Shown here one piece after another: positions 21,030-31,759 of a stretch of DNA of 64,000 bases. Origin of the DNA: an uncultured delta proteobacterium. GTDB lineage: Bacteria > Desulfobacterota > Binatia > UBA9968. The stretch covers positions 288,001 through 352,000 of the forward strand of contig CAVUZH010000024.1 of the NCBI GenBank assembly GCA_963745835.1, in the 5' to 3' direction. Numbering within the stretch: position 1 is the first letter of the stretch; every line of letters begins with the position of its first letter. The notes beneath the pieces were generated by a model. That model made no database searches and was not told the origin of the DNA. It saw only the letters and a list, made by a program, of their open reading frames with translations. Both the position numbers and the translations under genes were made by a program.

Positions 21030-23420
21030 ATGGTTCAGTTCATTTCATCGTTAAGATGCAGGCTTATTGTTCTTGTGTTGTTGGCTGTCATTCCAGCCTT
21101 TGGCGTCATTCTGCACAGCGCTTCTAGTCATCGTGATTTGACCGCAGAGCAAGTGGAAAAAAACGCGTTGAGAGCGGCCCGGGCAATCGCCGCTGAGCAC
21201 GAAAGGTTTTTCGAAAACGCCCACCAATTCTTGATCATGCTGGCCCGCTTGCCGCAAATTCGCGAGAACGACAAGGCAAGCTGTCGGAAAATCCTGGCAG
21301 GATTGTTGGAGCCGCTTTACGCCGATCTTGGTGTCACCGATCTGAAGGGCAATTCCATTTGCACAGCGTTGCCGGCCGCCAGCTCACTCCTAAACGCCAA
21401 AGGAAAACATCAAGCGCGGGTCATCGAGACTCATGATTTTTCCGCCGGCACTGTTCGAACCGATGCCTCGACCGGCAAGACACTTTTGGAAATCGGCTAT
21501 CCGGTAATGGACTCGCCCGAGGCCGTACGCGCCGTCGTCATCGGAGCTATGAACTTTTCTTGGGTGACCCGTTTGGCGGTCGAACCGCATCTGTATCCGG
21601 GAGCAGCCTACACGCTCATTAACAATAGCGGAAAGGTGTTGATTCGATACCCTGAAACAGACGACTGGAAAGACGAGCCGATTATCGCAAAAACTTTGCT
21701 ACAAACCATGGCTTCTCGGGATACCGAAAAAAGCTTCGAAGCAGCCGGTGCCGACGGCATTCGGCGACTCTTTGCTTTGAGCCAGTTGAGAAACACACTA
21801 GGCGGCCAAACCGTTTTCGCGGTCATCGATATCCCAACTGTCGCTGCATTCGAGGAGGCGAATCTCATTTTGGCTCGCAACCTAATCGTTCTCGGGGTGT
21901 TATCAGCTCTAGCGCTGGCGGCCGCATGGTTTGGCGCCGACATTTTCTTTCTTCGCCGAATCCGAGACATCGTTGCGGCGACAGAGAAGGTCGCTGGCGG
22001 CGACCTGGGTGCGCGTACCAAGCTGCCCTATGAGCGGAGCGAGCTCGGACAGATGGCGCGCGCTTTTGACGATCTTGCGCAGACGTTGGAGCAACGTGAA
22101 GCCGAAGCCATCGTATCGGAACATCAGATTAACAAACAACGACAGCGTCAGAACATTCTTTATGACCTTAATTGCGCGGTGACCTCGACTCTCGATATGT
22201 CGACGCTGTTGGAAACTCTGTTGCAGCAACTATCCAACTTGTTTCCGTTTCGCGCCGCGACCGTAAGTTGGATCGACAGAAAGACCAGTGCGCTAAAGCC
22301 TGTCGTTCACCGCAATCTCGATGACACGGCGGCACAACCGCTACCGGCAACCGAAGAAGGTCTTCCGATCGCCGTGCTCAATCAACAGGGGCTGCTAGCT
22401 TTATCGAATGCCCATTTGGACCCAAGAACAACCAACCCGGAATTCTTCAGAAAGCACGGTTTTGTCTCTTATCTCGGTTTGCCTTTGATCGCCCGAGGGG
22501 AAGCATTGGGAGTTCTTTCTTTCTATACAGCTGAAGAGCATCGATTTGGGCCCGAGGAGATCAATTTTCTAAACACCCTGGTCAGTGGAACCGCCATGCC
22601 CATCTATAATTCGCGGCTTTATGAAGAAACCCGCAATCAAGCGGCGGCACTGGAAAGATCGAACCGCATCAAAGATGAGTTTCTTGGAGTGATGTCCCAT
22701 GAGCTGAGGACTCCGCTAAATGTCATCATGAATTATGCCGAAGCTATGAAGATGGGCGCGTTCGGAAACATCAGCAGCGAGCAGGAAAGAGGAACCGTCA
22801 AAATACTTTCCCAGGCAGGGCACCTGCTCAGGCTTATCAACGGTATTTTGGAGATCACCAAGATAGAAAGCGGATCGGTCATCTTGCACAAGGAAAAGTT
22901 TGATCTCGCAGCATTCATCGCGGAAACCCGATCAGACTACATGATGCCGATGGAGAAAAAGCTCACCATCAATTGGAACTATCCGGCCGACCTTCCTGCG
23001 ATCGTCAGCGACCGTATGAAATTAAAACAAATCATCACCAACTTGATCGATAACGCAATAAAATTTACCGACGATGGATCAGTCACTGTGTCTTTCCAGC
23101 TGATTAATCAGAATCACACTCTCGAGATCAAGGTCACAGATACCGGACCGGGAATTCCCGAGGATCTGCTGCCATTGATTTTTGACAAGTTTCGCCAAAT
23201 CGACAGTACAACGACGCGGCATTTCTCCGGTGCGGGGCTCGGTTTGTACATCGTTAAAGTCTTTGCCGGCCTCCTCGAAGGTACGATAGAGGCAACCAGC
23301 AAAGTTGGCGAAGGCTCTGTCTTCGCCGTGCGCGTGTCCACGAATCTTGGGGCGGCGCCCAAAGATGAGCAGCGGCATTCGGCAGCCGATGCGAGAATTA
23401 TGGACTTCGCGGAGGATTAG
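21030..23420 (+). CDS. Membrane sensor histidine kinase (Cache-HAMP-GAF-HisKA-HATPase)
   Basis: Two TM segments, HAMP ELGQMARAFD, GAF, H-box MSHELRTPL, NLIDNAIKFT, DTGPGI and GAGLGL. Confidence 0.95.
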   Translation: MVQFISSLRCRLIVLVLLAVIPAFGVILHSASSHRDLTAEQVEKNALRAARAIAAEHERFFENAHQFLIMLARLPQIRENDKASCRKILAGLLEPLYADLGVTDLKGNSICTALPAASSLLNAKGKHQARVIETHDFSAGTVRTDASTGKTLLEIGYPVMDSPEAVRAVVIGAMNFSWVTRLAVEPHLYPGAAYTLINNSGKVLIRYPETDDWKDEPIIAKTLLQTMASRDTEKSFEAAGADGIRRLFALSQLRNTLGGQTVFAVIDIPTVAAFEEANLILARNLIVLGVLSALALAAAWFGADIFFLRRIRDIVAATEKVAGGDLGARTKLPYERSELGQMARAFDDLAQTLEQREAEAIVSEHQINKQRQRQNILYDLNCAVTSTLDMSTLLETLLQQLSNLFPFRAATVSWIDRKTSALKPVVHRNLDDTAAQPLPATEEGLPIAVLNQQGLLALSNAHLDPRTTNPEFFRKHGFVSYLGLPLIARGEALGVLSFYTAEEHRFGPEEINFLNTLVSGTAMPIYNSRLYEETRNQAAALERSNRIKDEFLGVMSHELRTPLNVIMNYAEAMKMGAFGNISSEQERGTVKILSQAGHLLRLINGILEITKIESGSVILHKEKFDLAAFIAETRSDYMMPMEKKLTINWNYPADLPAIVSDRMKLKQIITNLIDNAIKFTDDGSVTVSFQLINQNHTLEIKVTDTGPGIPEDLLPLIFDKFRQIDSTTTRHFSGAGLGLYIVKVFAGLLEGTIEATSKVGEGSVFAVRVSTNLGAAPKDEQRHSAADARIMDFAED

Positions 23421-23423
23421 AGT

Positions 23424-24572
23424 ATGTCGTTGCCAATATTCTGGCGTATCATTTTAGGATACTCCGTCATCTTGCTCCTAGCCTCCGGCGTAGCGGCTTA
23501 TTCGATTGTCCAGTTAGGCGGCCTGAGTGGAACAGCACGCTCGGCTTTGGATAGCGAAAATCGCATGATGGCCTATCAAGAGACATTGACCGACGCCTTC
23601 CTCTCTGAAGTGCGTTATGCTGGAAGATTTTTACTTACCCGGGCCGATGCCCACCACAAGGAATTTCGCCACTTCAAGGAAGACTTCAAGCGCTATATGG
23701 GCGAGATGACGTCACGCGCCACCGCCGTTGAAATTACGGCGCGTTTACTCAGAACCGATGAGTTGCACCTCCGCTATCATGAATTGTTCGATCAAGAGGT
23801 TCGTTACATAAAAGCCGGCCAGCCGTATGCTCAGAGCCGGTATCAGCAGGAGCGAGAGAAGATTTTAGATTCCGCCCTGAGAGAGCTCGAACGCTTGAGA
23901 GCCCAGCTGCAGGCAAACCTGAACAATAAGCTGGAAACCATGGAACAAGCCGCGCGCGCGGCGCGAAATATCGCCGTCGCCGGCACTCTGGTCGTGATCG
24001 GACTTGGCGTCGCGCTGTCTTTGCTGATCAGCAGGAGCATCACGAAGCCGATCTTGGAGTTGACCCGGAGAACAGCCGAAGACCCCCAAGTCCCCGATGG
24101 CGCGGTTGAGACCGGCGCAATCCCGGAAATCCGAGAACTCTCAGAAACCCTAGCACACGAGCGACACAGAATACGTGAAGCCGCCCGATCACAAGCCGAA
24201 TTTTTCGATGACCTCTTCGAGCAGGTAACGGCCCCGCTTACTTCGATCCAACAAAGGCTCACGTACTTGAAACGGGATTTGTCGCAAGCCGACGGGCACG
24301 AACAAAACCCATCATTGGAAGTCATTATCAAGGAAACCGAGCGACTGATCGATCATTGTAACCAGCTAAAGCCGCCATCCACCGCCGCCATGGCTGCCGC
24401 TGGCGATTGTCCCGAGCCGGTAGCGGTATCAATCCCGGAAAGCATCATGACCAAAAAAATGATTCTCTCAGGGAGCGAACGTTTTCACGCGCGCGGGTCA
24501 TACACGTACGAGCTAGCGGTTAACGCACGGCCGCGTTTTTGCTGGCATTGTGGCCGGCGTTTAGTCGATTAA
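23424..24572 (+). CDS. Membrane sensor-like protein (four-helix sensor plus HAMP-like region) lacking a recognisable kinase core
   Basis: Two TMs and SITKPILEL; degenerate HisKA-like segment without His (EQVTAPLTSI); no N/G boxes. Confidence 0.6.
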   Translation: MSLPIFWRIILGYSVILLLASGVAAYSIVQLGGLSGTARSALDSENRMMAYQETLTDAFLSEVRYAGRFLLTRADAHHKEFRHFKEDFKRYMGEMTSRATAVEITARLLRTDELHLRYHELFDQEVRYIKAGQPYAQSRYQQEREKILDSALRELERLRAQLQANLNNKLETMEQAARAARNIAVAGTLVVIGLGVALSLLISRSITKPILELTRRTAEDPQVPDGAVETGAIPEIRELSETLAHERHRIREAARSQAEFFDDLFEQVTAPLTSIQQRLTYLKRDLSQADGHEQNPSLEVIIKETERLIDHCNQLKPPSTAAMAAAGDCPEPVAVSIPESIMTKKMILSGSERFHARGSYTYELAVNARPRFCWHCGRRLVD

Positions 24573-24575
24573 ATC

Positions 24576-25223
24576 GTGACCTCCCCGGAAAGGCAAAGAA
24601 ACAATGAACAACATCGCCGATCATCTCGGACTTGCAGGGGCAACATGAGACTTTCTCGTCATTCGCTAAGTGCCTCCGCCTTGGCTGCCTGCGTGTCAGT
24701 CGTCGGTTGCACTACAATCGGAGAACAGATCGGGAAACCCGAGCCCATCCAGCCGCAAAAACAATCGCAGCCTGAATATTTGCAACGGAGTAAAGCTCTC
24801 TTTGCCGAAGGCAAGTATGACGCGGCCCTGCATGAAAACCAAAGAGCGCTTGCCGAAGGCAGAGGCGCGCCCGATGCGGCGCTATTCAATATCGGGTTCA
24901 TCTCCGCATACTCGCAGAACCCCAAGAAAGACTATCCCAAAGCGATCGAGTCATTCAAAGTCCTCGGCGCTAACCATCCCCAGAGCCCGTTTGCCGAACA
25001 AGGGAAGCTCTGGCTCCTGATTCTGGAAGAACACCAGAAGATCCTCGAAGAACACCAGAAAATGACCGCGGAAAGACAAAGGTTGTCCGACGAAAGGCGG
25101 GCTGTGATACGGGAACGAGAGATGTTGGCGCAAGAACGCAAGAAGCTCAAGTATACAGAGGAAAAATCGCGTCAACTCGACCTGGACATCGAGAAGCGGC
25201 GCAGAAAATCTTTAAATCGATAA
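24576..25223 (+). CDS. TPR/coiled-coil lipoprotein (QseG/YfhG-like)
   Basis: Lipobox VVGC; ALFNIGFI...NPKKDYPKA...HPQSPF; C-terminal coiled coil. Confidence 0.65.
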   Translation: MTSPERQRNNEQHRRSSRTCRGNMRLSRHSLSASALAACVSVVGCTTIGEQIGKPEPIQPQKQSQPEYLQRSKALFAEGKYDAALHENQRALAEGRGAPDAALFNIGFISAYSQNPKKDYPKAIESFKVLGANHPQSPFAEQGKLWLLILEEHQKILEEHQKMTAERQRLSDERRAVIREREMLAQERKKLKYTEEKSRQLDLDIEKRRRKSLNR

Positions 25224-25336
25224 GGCAGAGCGGCACCTCTCCTTCCAGCCCGAATAGACGCGCTCTTCCCATCTGTAAGTCTGAACTCAGATCCTTGCGT
25301 TTACCGACCCGTCGAGCCGTCGCCGCTGATCGCAGC

Positions 25337-27142
25337 TCACCGTGGCTGCGTGATGATATCCACGACCGCCGGCTTCCCTCCCTCGACGATGGCGATCGCC
25401 TTATCTAGAGTCGAGCCGAGTTGATCAGGTTCGGTAATCGGCCCGAAAGCATCGACGCTCAACGCGCGGGAAATTGCCGCCAGATCCGGCGCGGGATCCT
25501 CGATGCGAATGCCGATTCCTTTATTCTCCACCGGCCGTTGCCGCCATTTGGCCATCCGCTCCTGATGTTCTTCGTCGTTGTAGTAAGAGCGATTGTTCAT
25601 GACCAGCACAAGCAAAGGGATCTGGTACTTGGCCGCCGTCCACAAGGCATTCGAGGTCATCAAAAAGTCGCCATCGCCGATGATGCTGACGCATAACCTG
25701 CCGCTTTCTTTGTGCCCCAACGCGGCGCCAATCGATGACGGCAAGCCGTAGCCGACCCCGCCTCCCCTGCCGCCGCCGATGCCGTGCGCCGGCTCCGTAA
25801 CTTCGATCACTTCACGCCAGCGACGCCCGTGCGCGGATACCAGCGCCCACGCCTTGCCTTGCATTCGCTTGTTGATCTCGCCAAAGAAGCGCGCTTGCGA
25901 AATCGGTTTTTCATGCCAAGTTTTCTCTATCCATTCCTGGCTCTTCTTGCGCGCTTGATTATAGATGGCCTCGACCTTGGCGCGGCGCTCGCGAACCTGC
26001 CGAGCTGACTCCGCATTATTCTTGATCCGCTCGCGTAACTGCTCGAGCAGCTGCGGCAACGCCACCGCGGTATCGGCGGCGATGGGCACGTGCACCGGCA
26101 AAAGCCACATGGCATCGCTCACCCAACTCTGCCGTTCGAGATCGAGCAGGGTCATGTGAATAACTTTGCAGCTCGGCGAAATCACCGGCGCAAAATTGCC
26201 GCGCTCGCGCACCGAAGGGCCGAGCGGCACACCCAGACTCGGCACATCGAGCGCGAGAACGACGTCGGCATCGCGCAATGCATCCTCTCGCGCGTTGGTG
26301 AGATTAAGCGGGTGCGTGCTGGGAAATGCATAGCGGCCATCCGAATCGATCACCGCCGCGCCGAGTTCCTCGGCGATGTCCAGCAGAGGCGGCAGCGCCT
26401 TGGGATTGCGTCCGAGTTCGCCGGCAACGATTACCGGCCACTGCGCTTCGGCGAGCAGCCGCGATGCCTGCCGCAGCGATTCCGGATTGGCTGTCGGACC
26501 TGCTGGCGGGCGGAATAACTGGGCGTGCGGCACCACCATCGGTTTGCTGATTTTCTCTTCCTGAACATCGGTATCGAGGCAGATATAGACCGGGCCTCTG
26601 GGCTCGGTCATCGCAATCCGGTAGGCGCGTAAGAACGATTCAGCAATCGCGTCGACTGAATTCGGCTGATCGTCATACTTGACGTAATCGCGCACGGCAT
26701 TGCCCTGCACCAGAGCCGTGTGGACCCAATCAGTCGAGCGGCGATGGGTTGCGTTCTGCGGACCGCCGCCGCCGAGATTCAAAATCGGCGTGCGGTCGCA
26801 CCAGGAATTGAAAATCGCCATGCTCGCGTGTTGCAGGCCGACGACATTGTGCAGGCCGGTAGCCATGATATCGCCGGTGACCCGCGCGTAACCATTGGCC
26901 AATGCCACGGCGATCTCTTCGTGCGTGCACATGATGATCTCGGGACCGTTGCCCGCCTCGAAATTTACCATCGAGTCGTGCAGGCCGCGATAACTGGCGC
27001 CGGGATTTAAGGCGATGTATTTGATTCCCAATTCGCGCAGCACTTCGACCATGAGATCCGAGCCATACTGCGCATTGCTTTTTTTGCCGACGCCCGCCGA
27101 CCATACCTCCGGGACGCCCGCCGTTCTGTTTTGTTCTGCCAT
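25337..27142 (-). CDS. Thiamine pyrophosphate-dependent enzyme (acetolactate synthase/benzoylformate decarboxylase-like)
   Basis: NPGASYRGLHDS, HEEIAVALA and GDGD...NN TPP motif. Confidence 0.9.
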   Translation of the reverse strand: MAEQNRTAGVPEVWSAGVGKKSNAQYGSDLMVEVLRELGIKYIALNPGASYRGLHDSMVNFEAGNGPEIIMCTHEEIAVALANGYARVTGDIMATGLHNVVGLQHASMAIFNSWCDRTPILNLGGGGPQNATHRRSTDWVHTALVQGNAVRDYVKYDDQPNSVDAIAESFLRAYRIAMTEPRGPVYICLDTDVQEEKISKPMVVPHAQLFRPPAGPTANPESLRQASRLLAEAQWPVIVAGELGRNPKALPPLLDIAEELGAAVIDSDGRYAFPSTHPLNLTNAREDALRDADVVLALDVPSLGVPLGPSVRERGNFAPVISPSCKVIHMTLLDLERQSWVSDAMWLLPVHVPIAADTAVALPQLLEQLRERIKNNAESARQVRERRAKVEAIYNQARKKSQEWIEKTWHEKPISQARFFGEINKRMQGKAWALVSAHGRRWREVIEVTEPAHGIGGGRGGGVGYGLPSSIGAALGHKESGRLCVSIIGDGDFLMTSNALWTAAKYQIPLLVLVMNNRSYYNDEEHQERMAKWRQRPVENKGIGIRIEDPAPDLAAISRALSVDAFGPITEPDQLGSTLDKAIAIVEGGKPAVVDIITQPR

Positions 27143-27202
27143 TCATTCCTCCCTAATGTAATGCTTAACCCTCAGCCGACAAAAGTTTAGCACCTTCAGC
27201 AG

Positions 27203-27360
27203 TGAGCGAGGAGGGCGAGGCCGCAAGCCGTGGGCATCCGAGCGCACAGTTTGCCCAAAGGCCCCGACGTACAAAACATCACCCTGGGGGGAATGCGGGG
27301 TGGCCTTCAAGGCACTGCTCTATTGCCCACGGCTGTAGGGGTCGCCGGCCTCGCCCGCTC
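27203..27360. repeat. Long imperfect inverted repeat (REP/MITE-like or structured RNA)
   Basis: Nested arms GGGCGAGGCCG/CGGCCTCGCCC and AGCCGTGGGCA/TGCCCACGGCT. Confidence 0.5.
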
Positions 27361-27395
27361 CAAAATAATGTCGGATTAGGGTTAAAGCTCATTGC

Positions 27396-28358
27396 TCATG
27401 ACCTCAGCCGCTTGATTGTTTCGACATAGTCGCGAACGCCTTTTTTAACGTCGTAGGCGGGCTCGTAACCGATATGCTTTGTGGCAGCGGAAATATTGAA
27501 GACGCAAAAGCTCTGTTTGCTGCGGCCTAGCTGGCTGTTGCCGCTGCCCATTTCGATTTTATGGCCGGGGCAAATTTCGTTGACCGCCTCGAGAAACTCC
27601 CGGGGCGTCGAGCCTTTGCCCGTGCCGATGTTGAACTGCCAAACCTCCGATGGCGGCGCGCTCAACGCCCGGCGCACCGACTGCGCCACGTCGCCGACAT
27701 AAACCGCATCGTTTAGCTGATCTCCGCCCGATTCGATCACCCACTTCTCTCCCGCCATCGCCTTCTCGATCAATTGGCCGTAAAAAGACAGTGCGCCGTG
27801 ACGCGCCTCCTTGCCGGGTCCGTAGATCGTCGAATAACGCAGCGCAATAAATTCGATGCCGTACCGGTTGCGGTAATAACGACCGACCTCCTCGCAGCAC
27901 ACTTTGATCGTGCCGTAGAGGTCGGCGGGATTCTTCGGATGACTTTCGTCCACCGGCTTGTACTTCGGTGGTCCGAATTCCCCGAGCAGCTCGCCGTACA
28001 CAGCCTTCGAGCTGGTAAAGACCACTCGCTTGATGTTTCGCGCACGCGCGACTTCCAGGATATTCACGGTGCCGTCGACACCCACTTTGATACCGAGACG
28101 TGGATCGGCTTCGGCCGGTTCCGGCATCAGCGCGGCCAGGTGCGCAAAATGAGTAACCCCGTAATCACCGACGACCTTGTCTAAAAATTTCGCATCGGTG
28201 ACGTCGCCCTCGACCCAATCAACTTGATCTTTGATATCCCGAATGAGCGAGAAGTCCGCCCGATTGTCCAACAACACCGGTCTCTCGCCATCGCGGACCA
28301 TGGTTCGAGCCAGCACTGCGCCGTTGACTCCCATACCGCCGGTTATCAAAACCTTCAT
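27396..28358 (-). CDS. NAD-dependent epimerase/dehydratase (extended SDR)
   Basis: ITGGMGVNG, TSSKAVYG and YGTIK (YxxxK). Confidence 0.9.
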   Translation of the reverse strand: MKVLITGGMGVNGAVLARTMVRDGERPVLLDNRADFSLIRDIKDQVDWVEGDVTDAKFLDKVVGDYGVTHFAHLAALMPEPAEADPRLGIKVGVDGTVNILEVARARNIKRVVFTSSKAVYGELLGEFGPPKYKPVDESHPKNPADLYGTIKVCCEEVGRYYRNRYGIEFIALRYSTIYGPGKEARHGALSFYGQLIEKAMAGEKWVIESGGDQLNDAVYVGDVAQSVRRALSAPPSEVWQFNIGTGKGSTPREFLEAVNEICPGHKIEMGSGNSQLGRSKQSFCVFNISAATKHIGYEPAYDVKKGVRDYVETIKRLRS

Positions 28359-28562
28359 CGACTGATTCCTTTCATTGGACAGTTCATCGCTATCTAACTT
28401 TCCTATTAGCATCGGCTATAGCACATTCACATTTCAATTGAATAGATGGCAGTTCAAAGCAAGGCATTAGCCCGGTTCCCAGCGAAATACTTTTGACTTG
28501 TGAAAGGTGGCTGATTATAAGCTCCCGTTAGCGCCGACACGTATATTCAAACTTCGGAGACA

Positions 28563-29567
28563 ATGATGACCATCATCATGCAAACCTCATCAATAATCTT
28601 CTCGTTGATTTTACTGCTCATGGCGAGCGTCACCGGCAAATGCGTGTACGCGCAGGAACGCATCCGCATTGCCACCGCCGGCGGGCTCTCGATTGTTCCG
28701 GTGTGGGTGATGCAGGACAAGGGACTGCTGACGAAGCGCGGCGTGACCGCGGAAATCGTGCAAATCGCCTCGAGCCCGGTGGCGATTCAAGCCATGCTCT
28801 CGGGAGAGGTCGAAGCCATCGTCACTTCGGCAGCCACCTTGGTAACTTCCCGCCTGGCCGGAGCCGACGTCACCATGATCATGTCAACCACGCCTACCTT
28901 TCCGTCGGTTCTGATGGCTGCCAAAAGCATCACGGATGTCCATCAACTCAGAGGTAAAGCCGGCGGCGTCAATCGGTTCGGCAGCAATACGGATTTCGGT
29001 TTACGCCTTGTCTTGCGCAAGAACGCCATCGATCCGGACAAGGACGTCAGGCTCATTCAAGTCGGCGGCACCGCGCAGATGGTTGCGGCGATTTCACGAG
29101 GGTTGATCCAGTTCGCGCTTTTCAACGAGCCATTCGTCCGCGAGGCGGAAAAACTCGGCTTTAAAACGCTCATCGATGTGCCAGCGCAGAAGATCCCCTT
29201 CCACTGGAACGGCGTCCTGACCAAGGAGTCGGCGCTCAAAGCTCGACGCCCGGTTTTTTCCCGCCTGACCTTGGCGTTGACCGAAGCCATCTATGTTTAC
29301 AAGACGGAGAAAGAGTGGACCAAGGCGCTGATCGGCAGGTATCTCAAAGTAAACGATGCCGAAAGCCTGGAACGGGCTTACAACAGCTTGAAAACGATTT
29401 TACCCGAAACGCCGTCTCCGACGGCTGACGGGGTGAAGACTTTGCTCGATGATATCGCGGCTAAAAATCCCAAGGCTGCAGCGGCCAACCCGAGAGACTT
29501 CGTCGATATGAGCTTCGTCGAAGAAGTAGAAAGATCTGGATTTATCAAGCAGCTCTATGGCCGTTAG
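28563..29567 (+). CDS. ABC transporter substrate-binding protein (NMT1/TauA-like)
   Basis: Signal peptide, LRGKAGGVNRFGS, C-terminal VERSGFIKQLY. Confidence 0.85.
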   Translation: MMTIIMQTSSIIFSLILLLMASVTGKCVYAQERIRIATAGGLSIVPVWVMQDKGLLTKRGVTAEIVQIASSPVAIQAMLSGEVEAIVTSAATLVTSRLAGADVTMIMSTTPTFPSVLMAAKSITDVHQLRGKAGGVNRFGSNTDFGLRLVLRKNAIDPDKDVRLIQVGGTAQMVAAISRGLIQFALFNEPFVREAEKLGFKTLIDVPAQKIPFHWNGVLTKESALKARRPVFSRLTLALTEAIYVYKTEKEWTKALIGRYLKVNDAESLERAYNSLKTILPETPSPTADGVKTLLDDIAAKNPKAAAANPRDFVDMSFVEEVERSGFIKQLYGR

Positions 29568-29594
29568 CGGCCAGTTGCCGCAAGCTTTTCCGGA

Positions 29595-29882
29595 TTAATC
29601 TAATCGGCGAGATCTATCTGCTTCTTTTTCACCGAAGCTAGACGAGAGCATTCCGAGCCTTCTCATTTGCCAATTGATTGCACGCCAAGCGCTGCCGCAA
29701 TGCTGCTGCGCGAGTTCCAGAATCTCTGCCGCCTCGATCTCGTCACACGTCATTGCGACGAGTTCAGGCTGGTGACTGGCGGACTGAGCGCCAGCCAAAA
29801 CAGAGCACGCCTGCGAGTTCTCGGCAGTAGTTCGAAGCAAACGCTCTTTTTCTTCGGCCTTCAGGATGATCTCAATCTTCAT
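29595..29882 (-). CDS. Hypothetical protein
   Basis: Open reading frame with a plausible ATG, downstream of the DUF2934 gene. Confidence 0.45.
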   Translation of the reverse strand: MKIEIILKAEEKERLLRTTAENSQACSVLAGAQSASHQPELVAMTCDEIEAAEILELAQQHCGSAWRAINWQMRRLGMLSSSFGEKEADRSRRLD

Positions 29883-29932
29883 AGGCAAGCCATAGTTTCC
29901 GGCACGAAACATCGTATCTCGGCGGCAGATGC

Positions 29933-30178
29933 TTATTTCTTCTTCGGCCTGCGGGAAGAGATCTTGGTGATTTTCGTTGTCTTTGCGACACGTGTGGGTG
30001 GTGAAGAGATACCGTTTGATGAGAGTTCAGCAAAAGCCAAATACCAGTGGCGTAGATCTTCGCCATCAGGCCTGCCTTCCTTCTCCCAGATATAATACGC
30101 CGCAACTTTGACTGACTCTTCAGCCATGTCAGCCGAACCCTGTCTTCCGGTAATTGTCCGAATAGTTTTTATAGCCAT
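29933..30178 (-). CDS. DUF2934 domain protein
   Basis: AAYYIWEKEGRPDGEDLRHWYLA signature. Confidence 0.8.
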   Translation of the reverse strand: MAIKTIRTITGRQGSADMAEESVKVAAYYIWEKEGRPDGEDLRHWYLAFAELSSNGISSPPTRVAKTTKITKISSRRPKKK

Positions 30179-30577
30179 GTGATGCCTTTCAGTAAAAATT
30201 AATTATCAATGTGGTTTATCACACACTCGAGTCGCGCGAAGTCTGCTACCTCCGGCGCCGACACCAAATCGTTTGATGATTCTTGGTTCTGTCCTGCGGA
30301 ATGGCCAATTCAGAAGAGATTATTCCCATAGAATTCGACATCGTTGACGGAAGGACAATCCGTGCCGGCATGAACGAGAGCAACTCTCATGCCGCGATCG
30401 GTGATCAAGAATCGCCAGAGACACGCTAGAGGATTAGGCTTTCAGCGAACGAATGCCTATTTTTCGTTCAAGCTATGCTTAAAAACTATTCATCAACTTG
30501 CGACAGCCGCTTCGAGCTCCAGCGAAGATGATGAGATTTATGATTCGAGACCGGCAGCACGGCTACGAATGGACTCC

Positions 30578-31759
30578 CTACTGCAAGAGCACTGCAGTCT
30601 GGCGCGCGATCACAGCTTCTTCATCGCTGGGAATTACAAAAACTTGGATTCGCGCTTGTGCGGCGGAAATACGCCCTTCAATTCCGACGATCGAATCGTT
30701 TTGCCCTTCATCGAGGAGCAGACCGCACCACTCCATGCCGCCGCAAATTTCTTTGCGGATAAACGGCAGGTGTTCGCCGATGCCGCCGCTAAAGATCACT
30801 GCATCGGCTCCGTGCAATGCCGCCAGGTAGGCGCCCAGATATTTGCGCGCGCGATAAGAGAACACGTCGATCGCCAGTCGAGCGCGCGGATTATCCTTGT
30901 AGACGGCAATCAGCTCGCGCATATCGCTGGATATTCCCGAGACCCCGAGTAAACCGGAGCCGGTGTTCAACAGATTCTCGACCTCATCGAGTCCCTCGTC
31001 ACGGGCTAAATGGATAACCAGTGCCGGATCCAGATCGCCGGAGCGAGTTCCCATCACTAGTCCTTCAAGCGGGGTGAAGCCCATCGAGGTATCGATCGAA
31101 ACGCCATTGCGAATCGCGCAAGCCGAGCAACCGTTGCCCAGATGTAAGGTGACGATGTTGATCCGGTCCGCCGGCTTTCCCGTCAGCTCGCCATAACGCA
31201 TGGCAGAGTACTGATGCGCCAGCCCATGGAAACCGTAACGGCGGAGATGATGCTTGGTGGATAGGTCGTAAGGCAGCGCATAGATCGCCGCGTTGTCCGG
31301 AATCGTCTGGTGAAAAGAAGTATCGAACGCCGCCACCATCGGCACCGCCGGCCCTAAGACTTTGCGGGCGGCGTGTATACCGCTGACGCTGCTCGGATTG
31401 TGGAGCGGCGCCAGATCGCAAAGTGAATCGAGGATTTTAATGACATCCTCATCGATGCGCACGGCCGACTTGAATTTATCGCCGCCGTGAACGATCCGAT
31501 GGCCGACGGCGTCCACCGAGCCCAAATCGGGATGCGAGCTCAACCACTCGATCACTTTTACCGTCGCCGCTTGGTGATTCTCCGCAACTAATTTTTCCTC
31601 GTACGCAGGCTCGCCGACGATCTCGAACTTATAAGATGACTCGCCACCGATCCGCTCGACCACGCCGCGCGCGAGCTTGCGCTCGACCGCCGAGCCACGG
31701 GTTTGGATTAACTGAAACTTGAGAGTTGAGCTGCCGCAGTTGAGGACGAGAACCTTCAT
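30578..31759 (-). CDS. ackA: Acetate kinase
   Basis: VLNCGSSTLKFQL, GHRIVHGG, APLHNP, RRYGFHG, HLGNG and MGTRSGD motifs. Confidence 0.95.
   Translation of the reverse strand: MKVLVLNCGSSTLKFQLIQTRGSAVERKLARGVVERIGGESSYKFEIVGEPAYEEKLVAENHQAATVKVIEWLSSHPDLGSVDAVGHRIVHGGDKFKSAVRIDEDVIKILDSLCDLAPLHNPSSVSGIHAARKVLGPAVPMVAAFDTSFHQTIPDNAAIYALPYDLSTKHHLRRYGFHGLAHQYSAMRYGELTGKPADRINIVTLHLGNGCSACAIRNGVSIDTSMGFTPLEGLVMGTRSGDLDPALVIHLARDEGLDEVENLLNTGSGLLGVSGISSDMRELIAVYKDNPRARLAIDVFSYRARKYLGAYLAALHGADAVIFSGGIGEHLPFIRKEICGGMEWCGLLLDEGQNDSIVGIEGRISAAQARIQVFVIPSDEEAVIARQTAVLLQ

Noticed and set aside
30350-30370. Sigma-54 promoter-like GGCACG (also near 14405)
   Set aside because: The -12 GC dinucleotide is missing at the required spacing
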